A DNA stretch of 64,000 nucleotides, taken from NCBI RefSeq assembly GCF_009914755.1, contig NC_060941.1; one strand, given 5' to 3'. The translations under genes were made by a program, and so were the position numbers. Below are positions 51,513 through 64,000 of this stretch, in pieces. How positions within the stretch are numbered: position 1 is the first letter of the stretch; each line of letters opens with the position of its first letter. The stretch is from the human T2T-CHM13v2.0 reference genome, Homo sapiens. The notes beneath the pieces were generated by a model, which saw only the letters and a program-made list of their open reading frames with translations, was not told the DNA's origin and did no database searches.

Positions 51513-52357
51513 ACATAGGTGCTCATCAACACTTGGGTCTATAGAGTGTGTGTGTCTCTCCATAGGGACTGAGCACAGTTCTCAATCAGGGCCAGCCCTG
51601 ATTCCAAAAACCATGCGTGCTACCCAGCTAGCAGAAGGAAAGCCTTGGACTGGTCAACAGAGAAGTCCTACCCTACCCACAGCAGAGATTCTAGAGGTTG
51701 GAGAGTAGTCTGGGAGGAACAACCACATATATGTGTCCCACATGCATGATGACATGCCTTTCAAAGGAGAGTGAGGGTTCGCTGGGAACCATGCAGTGCT
51801 GCTGGGTGAGCTTCCCTGGGGAGCAGAAAGGAGTGGGAATAAAGGGATGAGGGATGACGGCACGTGCCTGCCTGCACTCACCTTCATGTAACTCGGGTTG
51901 AGTAAAAGATTCATCTTGGGACTAAGGGAAGTGGAGAGAGAGACGATTACAGCCCAGCTCTCGCCCTCCCATCTTCTGCTCATTAACATGCTCTGCGCCA
52001 GCCTGCTGCAGATTTCATATTTCAGAACCCTGTAGGGAAGTTGCCCTCCCTTAGCCAGGGCGTGAGGGAGAATTACAGAGGACTGGGGAGAAATGGGCAT
52101 TAAGTGTTTCTTCTCTTATTACTAGAACAGTTTGTGAAAAGATCGACACCTATCCCCAGCATGAATACACATTAAGAGGATGGGTTAGAGTTCTGAGATT
52201 GCCAGGGTCAGGCAGTGGTGCCAGGAAAATACTGGAGCGGATGCTTGCCAGATGCTTCATTTTCCACTAAGGACCAGCGAAGGTATGGAAAGATCTAGAA
52301 CTAGAAGGCCAGGCCTAGCACTCTGGTGGGAGTTGGTAACTGAGGGATCATACTTAC

Positions 52358-52451
52358 TGAGCAAATTGGCACTTGGGTCCCTCGGGGCAGAAGCCAACTA
52401 AATAGTTGAGACACATTATTCTGGGGACATGGCGGTATTTACACAGAGGAC
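52358..52451 (-). CDS. CPSF4L: CPSF4L exon 5 (end of ZF4 and ZF5)
   Basis: ctcagcAG acceptor and TCA|GTAAGT donor; [31 protein letters not shown]; ends in phase 2 (CA). Confidence 0.93.
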
Positions 52452-52869
52452 CTGCTGAGCAAAGAGAAAGTGATGAGAAGGATCCGCTTCAGCAAGAGGG
52501 GAAAACACACATGAAAAAGCTCCCTAGGAAGGGTGTGGATGGTCATAGGGGCTTCACTTAATAGGGGTGGATAAATCTTCCCATCCTTTCTGTACCACCC
52601 TAAAGCATCCACTTCTAGCCATGAGACAGGGATGGGGAAAAGGAACCTTGGAATGTGCTGGAGCAGGTGTCAGCTGGCAAGTTCTGAAATAGAGTTGGAA
52701 ATGTCACTGACATGCTGTGTCCTGGAGGACTTGCATGGATATGAACCACACTTTGTTGCCTTTTATTTATTTAAGTATGGGAGGTACAGCTGAGAAAAAG
52801 CTGACCTGGCCGGGTGGGGTGGCTCACACCTGTAATCCCAGCATTTGGGAGGCCAAGGTGGGTGGATCA

Positions 52870-53174
<305 letters not shown>

Positions 53175-53659
53175 CTATCTGAAGACAAAGGAGAGGGAGA
53201 AACCCTGTTGCTTAGGGCATGGGAACCCTGCTGGGGTAAGCTGCCTCTTAAATTTGGCTGGCAGCAATGGGAAAGGTAGGACATGCTTAAGCAACACTCA
53301 GGACCCCCCAGGTGGGTAAGTGGAATGCGGAAGAGAGCACACATGAACTAAGCGTCTCCTATGGGCCTGACCCTGTGTCAAGAGCTTCCTGTGTGGTTCA
53401 GTAACTTGGAGAAAGGCATGCAGCTGATACATGCTGAAGGTAGGATTTGAACCCAAGTCAGTCTGCCTCAAGCCTGTTATGGCCCCACACCAGGCTGTGT
53501 TTTGTGTGTCACAGCAGAGCTGGAGGAGAACTACAGAAAGGCCTTCTATTTGGGGTTTCTCCAAGGCACAGCCTCATCAGGAAAATGGCCCCTCCCCTGC
53601 TGAGAGCTCCCACCCTGATCCCCACAGCCCCTAGGGCTCCCTGGCTTCCAAGGCCTCAC

Positions 53660-53755
53660 CGTCCTTGCAGAAACCTTGGTCATACCAAGGACAGTCCTGG
53701 GACTTGAAAGCTGGCTTCACATGGAGGAAGGAACACTCCTTGTTGCTGCAGTCAC
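53660..53755 (-). CDS. CPSF4L: CPSF4L exon 4
   Basis: gattttcAG acceptor and ACG|GTGAGG donor; DCSNKECSFLHVKPAFKSQDCPWYDQGFCKD. Confidence 0.95.
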
Positions 53756-54166
53756 CTGAAAATCCCAGCACTCTCTGTAGAAGCAGTTTCTCTTTGTGAT
53801 CACTTCTGTGTCCCCAAACCAGATTGACCTTGCCCCTCACAAACACAGAAGACACTGGCCTTTATTCTGGGAGTCACCAGCTTTTTGAAGATGGAAAGTA
53901 TGCCTAATCCTTGCTGCAGTCTAAAAAGGGTGGATCCCAGTCCTATTTGCTAAGCAGGGCATGGTCTGAATATACACCTCTGGAAGAGTAAGAGTGGGGG
54001 ACCCCAGATGGAGAAGGAGGCACTGGAACTGAAGGCCATTAGAGGCTAGCAGGAACAAGGAGAGCCGAGAAGGCCTGCGACGTTAAGTGGAGATATTTCC
54101 ATGTCGCTGTAACTGCAGCCCCCTCTTCATCTCTACTACAAAACCCATGCTGCCTGCAGAGCCTAG

Positions 54167-54607
<441 letters not shown>

Positions 54608-55129
54608 TGATCCGCCCACCTTGGCTTCCCAAAGTGCTGGGATTACAGGTGTGAGCCACCACGCCCGGACCCAGGTGTCATTTTAAGAGCTCTCTTAGAT
54701 TTCTCTTAGGAAGAAAGCTCTGAAGGAAGCATGGGGGAAGATTCATCCCACTTTCACTTCATTCAAGTTGAGAACTCATGAATCTTTCCAACTTCATCCT
54801 CCTTAAATGTCTACAGCTCAGTGCTTTTCAGAGCTGAAGGAGCGTCGTAGCGTCTATTCCACTGATTTTCAAATTGCTCCAGGAAGATCTATTTTATACA
54901 CTGGGCCTCTACAGAGCAAGGTTTCGCCTAAAGGAAAGTACCCCTAGGCCAGGCACAGTGGCTCATGCCTGTAATCCCAGCACTTTGTGAAGCCGAGGTG
55001 GTGATCCTTAGGATCACCTGAGGTCAGGAGTTTGAGACCAGACTGGCCAACATGGTGAAACCCCATCTCTACTAAAAATACAAAAATTAGCCAGGTATGG
55101 TGGCACGTGCCTGTAGTCCCAGTTATTCA

Positions 55130-55288
<159 letters not shown>

Positions 55289-56554
55289 TTAAAACCACCA
55301 TTCTTTCCCAGCCCTCTCATTTCACAGAGAACGCCAGGGCTCAGAGAGGGGAAAAGGCCACATCCATTTCATTCAGCTTCCTCACGTTCATGAAGGGTTC
55401 ATTTGTTCATTGTCAGTATACAGCACTGGGCAGAGTGCTGACTCTGGGCTTGAGCTTTCTAATGAATCAAAGTGACATCACCCCCTAGGTGATGCTGGCC
55501 AGCATTTGATGGATGGAGATAACAGAAAGTCATCTACACTGGTTGCCGTTCTGCTGCGTGCACGTCTCTGCATTCCTGGCCTGGCCAGCAGGTGGCAGCA
55601 GCACCTCAGCCTTCAATCCGCCTTTCAGAGACGGGGGTACTGGGCTGAAGACCCCGGACACCAGTCCCTTCCAGTGACTCTGTCCCACTCCTACACCTCC
55701 CCAACAACACTCTGATTCCAATTAGAGTGATCATCACTTTGATATTCGAAAGCCATATGCATTCATTTACTGTAAGAACAGTAGATTACATCTTGTAATC
55801 ATGGGCTTACAAGTCTGTCCTCTACTAATTGGAGTTATCTGGGGGCGGAGGGGGACCTGGTCCTGTTCCTGTATCCATGCCCAGGAGCACCTGATCCCCA
55901 AACAAACACCGAGGGCTATTGAGGGAATAACTAAGTAGGTGGCATTTTATTACTAAAGTCACAGAATGCTAGGCAGTGACCAAGGGGAACTTGGATAAAC
56001 ATTGTCCTTTCAGGGGAGACATGGGGGCAGCTCTCAGGAACTGCCATGCCTTTGCCTCCCAGGAGCAGGCAGGAAATGGAATATTAGCCTGGGTGGGGCT
56101 CTGACTGGCCTAGGCAATGCTTTGCCTCCTTCTCAGGTACCCAGGACCCTCCCATTGGCACTAATGAGGAGCAGCCGCTTGGGGGGCCCTGAAGCTGGCT
56201 GCAGCCACATTTGGAAGCCAAGCCTCCTGAGTCAGGGGCATCCAGGGGATTCTGCCAGCTCTCTCTTTGTAGGTCACTCTTTATGGAATACAGTTGGAAA
56301 ACCACTGGACTAGATAATCCGTAAGGCTCCTTCCAGCTCCGAAAAGCTCTGAGCTGTAGAATCGTATTGTGAAGGGTGAGACCTGAAGCACATTTACAAA
56401 TTCCTTTCTTAAGTAAGTGGGAAAGTGGCTGCAGCTGCCCCATAAACAGTCCCTTGATTAAAAGGACAAAGGAGGCCGGGCACTGCAGCTCACACCAATA
56501 ATCCCAGCACTTAGGGAGGCCAAGGCAGGTGGATCACCTGAGGTCAGGAGTTCA

Positions 56555-56917
<363 letters not shown>

Positions 56918-57409
56918 CTAGTTCTCCGTTTATGGAAACAATGCAAAGTTTCTTCTAAAGTAAGAGTTAAAATAGCAAGACCGTTGGAAGAGCAGACAGT
57001 GGTGCTGGGGCTTTGAGGGTACAGCAGGCATCGTGAATGTGGCTCTGAAGGCCTGATATTCGAGAAGTTCTAGCCGGGGCCTGAGAGATGGCTCATTTGA
57101 GACATTTCAATATAGTCAGGCTGGGTGTGTGATGAACCAAGAATGGGGAGAGAAACAATCCCTTCTTCCCTTTTGGGGGTATCTGGTATGCACCTTGATC
57201 CAGGGGGCAGTAAAGGGCAGGGACTTCAGGGTGCACTTCTGCTTGTCTAGGGGTTTGGAGAACAGACACCTGAGACTCAGACAGGTCTCTCTGGCCTCCA
57301 GGGACATGTCCAGCCTCCTCTGCGTGCCCGCTCCTCTAGAAACCTTCCCATCTCACAGCCCACACTGCCACCCTCCAGGGTGAGGCACCGAGCCAGGAAG
57401 AGGCCTTAC

Positions 57410-57562
57410 CAAACTTGGAGTAGAAGTAGCACTCAGGCATCCTGGTGAGGTCATACTGGTGCAGGAACTTGCAGTGATCACCCTTCTTGCAGAGCCCCCG
57501 GAGCCAGTGCTTGCATACCACCATCTTCTCCCCTCGGTCATGTCGGAAGGGGCAGAGTTTCC
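57410..57562 (-). CDS. CPSF4L: CPSF4L exon 3 (ZF2 and start of ZF3)
   Basis: ctccAG acceptor and TTG|GTAAGG donor; [50 protein letters not shown]. Confidence 0.96.
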
Positions 57563-57978
57563 CTGGAGATGCCAGAGCACCTGGCTGGGAGGCCCCTCAT
57601 CCACAGCCTGGGCCCAGCTCAGCCCTCCAGGGGATTCCCCAGGAGGGTACCTGACTCAGTCCCCAGCGGCTGTCCCCTTATCCCTTCACCTGGACCCTGT
57701 AGGGGCTGGAACTGGGAGCCGAGGCAGCATGAAGGGAGAGCTTTTTTTTTTTTTTTGAGACAGAATCTCGCTCTGTCGCCCAGGTTGGAGTGCAGCGGCG
57801 CGATCTTGGCTCACTGCAAGCTCCGCCTCCTGGGTTCACGCCATTCTCCTGCCTCCATTTCCTGAGTAGCTGGGACTACAGGCGCCAGCCACCACGCCCT
57901 GCTAATTTTTTGTATTTTTTAGTAGAGACAGGGTTTCACCGTGTTAGCCAGGATGGTCTCGATCTCCTGACCTTGTGA

Positions 57979-58209
<231 letters not shown>

Positions 58210-60660
58210 TAGTAGAGACGGGGTTTCACCATGTTGGCCAGGCTGGTCTCGAACTCCTGATCTCAGGTGATCCATCCGCCTCAGCCTCCCAAAGTGCTGG
58301 GATTACAGGCTTGAGCCACCGTGACTGGCCAGGGCAAGCTCTTCTTAAAGCACAGCTGTTCCCACTACCACACCTTTGCCCATCCTTCCCATCTGCCTGG
58401 AGTGCCATGCCCTTCTCCAGGGAAGTACCTGGGCTCAGAACAGCTGCCTCCTTTTCATTCCCAGAGTGCCTAACACCCCCTCTCGTCCTGCCAGGGAGCG
58501 GGGCCAGGCTTTCCAGCCCAGAATCCCCACACCCAGCCCAGCCCCTGGCACATAGTAAGTGCTCAGTAAGGGTGTGTTGAATTCCCATCTTTAAAAACAT
58601 CAAATGTTATGCTTCCCGATTCCAGAGACCTAACAGGGTGACAGAAGAGCCAACTTTGTAATGATTTATAAGGAATATTCCATGGAAATGTTACATTTAA
58701 CTGCTTTATCATCTTCACTCAAGTCTGCCTTGCTATTAGCAGGAAGGACACCCAGTTCCTAAGTTTCTTTAATTTATTTATTTATTTGAGACAGGATCTT
58801 AGTCTGTTGCCCAGGCTGGAGTGCAATGGCAAAGTCATGGCTTACTGTAGCCTCAACCTCCTAGACTCAGGAGTTCTCCCATCTCAGCCTCCCGAGTAGC
58901 TGGGACTACAGGCATGCACCACCACACTGAGCTAATTTTTTTATTTTTTGTAGAGACAGGGCTTTGCCATGTCATCCAGGCTGGCAGTTCCTGAGTTTCT
59001 AAGCAGGTCCAGCCTCATGCCTGGCCAGTTCTCTGACATAATTTGGGGGCTAGGGGAGGTGTTCTTTCCATTTTTCCTTTTTTAAAAAAAAAAATTATGT
59101 TTTGTAGAGATGGGGTCTCGCTATGTTGCCCAGGCTGGTCTTGAGCGATTCTCCAGCCTCTGCCTCTCAAAGTGCTGGAATTACAAGTGTGAGCCTACTC
59201 CCCCGGCCAAGGTGCTCTTTTTAAATACCCCTAACCTCCACCCCTGGCTATTGACTTGCTTGGTTCTGACCTTCCACCATAATAGCTTTCTTTCTTTGCA
59301 GAAGGGTGTTGCTAGGAACCACTGCTCTAGGGACTGGTTGGGCTGAGCTGAGGAGATGCCACTCGGTCCACATTGAGCCTGCAGGGTCCTGGGTGCACAA
59401 GGCCTTGGGCGACCAGTGATCCCATTTCCCTTCTCCCTGTATGGTCTAGGGCTGGCCCCAAGACAAACAAGGCAGGTGGGCGAACATGGCCCCAGGTCCT
59501 CCTTTCCTGGTCCCCTCCAGCCCCCCAGCTTCCAGGGACAGACTCATTTGGATCAGAAAACATGTCCTAAACTCTCACACCAGTGAGATTTCTTAACCTA
59601 AATGTATAGGCAAGCGGGAGGAAGACAGGGAAACCCTAAAACTGGAAGCCAGTTTTTTTTGGCAATTGTATATTTCTGTTGAAAGAGCCTCTACATGAGC
59701 CATGAGCCAGAAGAAAAGTTGAAAACTCTTATATTTGAATCAGGCCTTCCCAGAATGGCTGCATTTGGGGAGAGGGGCCTAGGAAGACAGTATTGACCCA
59801 AAGTCAGGGCAGGAGAGAAGTGGAGGATGCTTTTTGATAGCATTTCAAAGATGGTGGCAGGTGCTACCTCAGGGCATAGGGAATGGATGAGACAATTGAC
59901 CAGTTTACAAACTGAGTCAGAGCAGGGGACTGGGGGAGAAGGATGCCTCTCTTCTAGCTGGGAGGAAATCAAGAAAAACATTAAGAAGCTGGAGCCTCCT
60001 GGGAATGCACAGGCCAAAGCTCAGACACACGCCCATCCCAGCAAGGCAGAAAGAAAAAAATACCCCTTTCCAGGCAGCCTGGTTACCCTGATGCGAACTG
60101 CAAACTATGAAGACTGCTGCTGAGGCGGGAAAATCTTAGGGGAGGGGCAGGCTGCTCGGTGGATCCAACCACTTATCCTTTGTCTACCTGTAAGTCTAAA
60201 ATTCTGCTCCATGGCCGGGCATGGTGGCTCACGCCTGTAATCCCAGCACTTTGGGAGGCCCAGGCAGGTGGATCACCTGAGGTGAGGAGTTTGAGACCCG
60301 CCTGGCCAACATGACAAAACTCCATCTCTACTAAAAATGCAAAAATTAGCCGGGCTTGGTGGCATGCACCTGTAGTTCCAGTTACTCGGGAGGCTGAGGA
60401 AGGAGAATCGCTTGAACCCAGGAGGCAGAGGTTGCAGTGAGTTGAGATCACGCCAGATCACTCTAGCCTGGGCAACAGAGCGAGATTCCATCTAAAAATA
60501 AATAAATAAAATAAAAATAAAATTCCGTTCCATCCCAATTTTCCCTCCCCAGGTGCAAATTCGACACCCTATCCCAGGCCAGGCAGAGCCCCTGCTGGGT
60601 GTAGCTCAGACAGACCCTACACTCACCCAGCTTGGGGCCCAGGCCTGTCTGCTAACTCAC

Positions 60661-60711
60661 CTTTCTCACAGAGCCCTTTAGTGAAGAAGTTGCACACAGC
60701 TGAGGCCGACT
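60661..60711 (-). CDS. CPSF4L: CPSF4L exon 2
   Basis: ctccttccAG acceptor and AAG|GTGAGT donor; SASAVCNFFTKGLCEK. Confidence 0.95.
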
Positions 60712-61073
60712 CTGGAAGGAGAAGAGGGAACGGAGAAGGTAGCTTCCCCAGAGGCTGCAGCTGTTCCGGAAGCCTCCACCTCCATCGGCATGTCCCACCT
60801 AGACCTCCCCCAGGCTCTGGCCTATGGGATCCCAAATCTGGGCCCTGTAGAGGTTAACCTGCAGAGCCAGCCAGCAGACCTCAACCCTTAACCCCCCAAC
60901 TCTGAAACAGAGGAGCTCGAGGGGCTCAAGCCTGGCCCAGGAGCTCGGGAGGCCAGTGTGGCTTCTCTCAATTCACCGTCTCTCTGTGCCTCTCTTTCTC
61001 AGTCTGGAAAATGGGTTGCCCCGAAGCCACAGAAGAGAGAGACAGAGAAGGGGCGGTCGCATCAGGGAGTTGA

Positions 61074-61184
<111 letters not shown>

Positions 61185-61201
61185 TGAGACCATCCTGGCT
61201 A

Positions 61202-61366
<165 letters not shown>

Positions 61367-61443
61367 CTACAGAGCGAGACTCCGTCTCAAAGAAAAAAAA
61401 ACAGAGAAGGTAGGGGAGGGAAAGTGGCCCCACCCTCACTCAC

Positions 61444-61546
61444 TGTCCATGCCCTGGAAAGGCAGGAGCCCAGTGCCCTTCTGCATCTCGACATCCTTCT
61501 CGAAGGCAAAGGTGAACCGCTCTAGCCCCGCAATGACCTCTTGCAT
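61444..61546 (-). CDS. CPSF4L: CPSF4L exon 1 coding part
   Basis: AAG-ATG at 61546; MQEVIAGLERFTFAFEKDVEMQKGTGLLPFQGMD, homologous to the CPSF30 N-terminus; ACA|GTGAGT donor. Confidence 0.95.
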
Positions 61547-63516
61547 CTTCCGTCTCCTGCTGGGGCTGCGGAAGCTGCTGGAACCCAGGCAGGTGGGCCC
61601 AATATAGCTCATCAGAGGCCCTTAAGGGGCCAGCGCCCAATGCCTCCCCCTTCACCCCAGGGTGCCAGTGGCCAGGTGACTGCAGGGGACGCTCCAGCCT
61701 GGGCTGTACAGGAGCAGGGCCCAGCTGCCTCACCCGGCCCACCCAGTGCAGGGGCAGACACCCCAGGGCCCCTCACCCCCACACTGTGTACACAAGGCCC
61801 ACTCGGATAGGGAGGGATTCGCAGAGCCCCACAAACTGCTTATCTCTGCATGTTACCGAACACAAACGTGGCGTGCACGCAGACATTACCAAACCTGGGC
61901 TCATACTTTGTCCATGAAGACACAGCCACAGGTTAGCAAAGAGTTGCACAAACCAACCGCAGCAAGGCTGTTATTCTGCCAGAGCTGGGGGTGGTGGGGG
62001 TTTGCAGAGGGAGGGAGCCGTCCCACCTCCCCGCTTCTTCCCATGAGGGAAGGGGTCTCCCTCTGGGGCCCCTGACACCCCTTTTCTGGCCTGAGTGACA
62101 AGCCCCGAGTGAGCTCTTCGTGGGAGACAGGGAAAAAGGAATGAAGAGGAGAGGAACTGAAACAGTTGGATGAATGGCGCTTTGTTTACCTCGCACACAA
62201 TCGCCAGCTTGGCGGGAGGGCGGAACCGACCAAGGCCAGGGCGGCCTCCCAGCCAGGATTCCACAGGGCCACCCAGTGCCACCCCACCCCTGAGAAAGTG
62301 CTTTATAAATGAAATCTCTATGCAAATGTTGTTTTATTATTATTACACCACCCCTGCCTGCAGGGCTGGGGACATCTGACAATGCTTTCAAAGGAGCATG
62401 TTAGGGCTCTAATTAGACCAGGTTCCCCCTCCCCCTGCTCTGGCCCCAAACTGGCCTTGCCTCTAACTAGAGCTGCTGTTCTCAGTCACATTGGCTTTTA
62501 ATGCCCATAGAACCAGAACCCATACGCCCTCCTTTCTGGGTGCCCAAACCCAGCAGGGAGAGGTGGGCAGCCCCGCAGGCTCTCAGCTGGGCCAACATGA
62601 ACTAGCCTGCTGGCTGTTGTTCCCCGTGGCTGTTGCTCCTAGATCTGTTCTTTTGAACTCCAGATCAGAAAAGAAAATAGCTGGAGAGATAGACACCTGG
62701 AGCCGAGGTGGGACTGGGAGGAGCAGGGACGAGATCCAAGAGTTTCCAGAAGCTCAGGCCTCTGACTGCATCCTGGGAGAGGCAGAGGGACCCAGCTCCA
62801 GGGCTAGAGGGTGGGGCCAAGGGGGTCCCTGGGGTAGAAACCCTGGCTTCTCTTGGCCTTAGTTGTATGCGTTGATTAGTAGTCCCAAGAATGCATTCAT
62901 CTGTCAACACAGGCTCATTAAAGGCTCACAGAAGCCTGGCAGCGCAGGCAGGACTGATGAGGGAATCAAAGCCCAGGGAGGCCAAGACCACATGGTTTGG
63001 GAGGCGCTATGGATGGGGTTCACATCTAGGTCTCTTGATGACTTCCTTCCCTAAACATCCCTGAGCATCTCTGCACTAGGGCCACGTCCCTATCCTCAGA
63101 GATGGCCCCATCAAGGAGGGGACATTAGCCATTCACACAATAATGCGATGGAGGCATGAGGGGCCCAGCAGGGCAGGAAGGGGTAGCAGGCAGAGCTCTC
63201 TCAATGGAGAGTCATGATGATGGGGAGAGAATGTTCTGGAAGAAGGCCAGCAGTATGAAGGTTGGGGCATGGAGCAATGTGAAGGCTGAGGAGGCGCTCA
63301 AGGGTTTGGTTTGGCAGAAGCGGGGGTAAAGAGGTGGAATGGGGGCAATGAGGCTTAAGAGCTGAGAAGGGACCCAACTCTGGGGGGCCTGCTGGGGCCA
63401 GCTTTGGGGGGAAGTGATCGTGAAGGCAGCAGAGCCACCACAGGGCTCTGAGAACTGTACATGGCTCTCTGAGGGATGGTCGGGGGAAGACTGGACAGGG
63501 GCTGCTTAGAGGATGA

Positions 63517-63645
<129 letters not shown>

Positions 63646-64000
63646 TGAGTAGCTGAGATTACAGGCCCACACCACCACACCTGGCTAATTTTTGTACTTT
63701 TAGTAGAGACAGGGTTTCGCCATATTGGCCAGGCTGGTCTCGAACTCCTGACCTCAGGTGATCTGCCTGCCTCATCCTCCCAAAGTGCTAGGATTACAGG
63801 CATGAGCCACCGTGCCCAGCCTGGGGATGATTTTTTAAAATCATGAGAGCCCTGGGGATATAGCCCAGAGATCTTTCTGCTACTCTGGTGGCCTGCAAGA
63901 GTTAATTGATGAGGGATGAACATGAAGGAGACTCCTGGTTAAGACTCCTCCCTCCAGCACCCCAGCTTCTCTGCTCCTCCACCGGGGGCTTCCCATCCCA

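Overview
Human (primate) genomic DNA that I recognise as the chr17q25.1 COG1 - FAM104A(VCF1) - C17orf80(MTNAP1) - CPSF4L cluster. It holds four spliced protein-coding genes in an alternating-strand chain. (1) The last nine coding exons of COG1 (+, 293-8179). (2) The complete FAM104A/VCF1 gene (-, ATG 32032 to stop 9257; 186 aa, or 207 aa with a 63-nt cassette exon). (3) The complete C17orf80/MTNAP1 gene (+, ATG 35209; 583 or 609 aa depending on terminal exon, 36 aa shorter if a cassette is skipped), sharing a CpG-island promoter with FAM104A. (4) The complete CPSF4L gene (-, ATG 61546 to stop 48222; 179 aa). Exons were placed by reading GT/AG sites and checking phase by hand. Introns are very Alu-rich (about 50 copies, several nested) and also carry MER58A/B, MER3, L1/L2 and MIR relics and a binary CAGCA/CAGGA pentamer repeat. 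Most short ORFs in the supplied track are Alu or repeat artefacts. I see no wholly new system. The best leads are: a DNA-transposon (MER58A)-derived last coding exon that replaces an apparently ancestral ATP-synthase-f-like tail of C17orf80; a hidden 40-nt CPSF4L exon that would restore the missing His of zinc finger 5; a palindromic bidirectional poly(A) signal in the COG1/FAM104A overlap; and a probable internal Met67 start of FAM104A.
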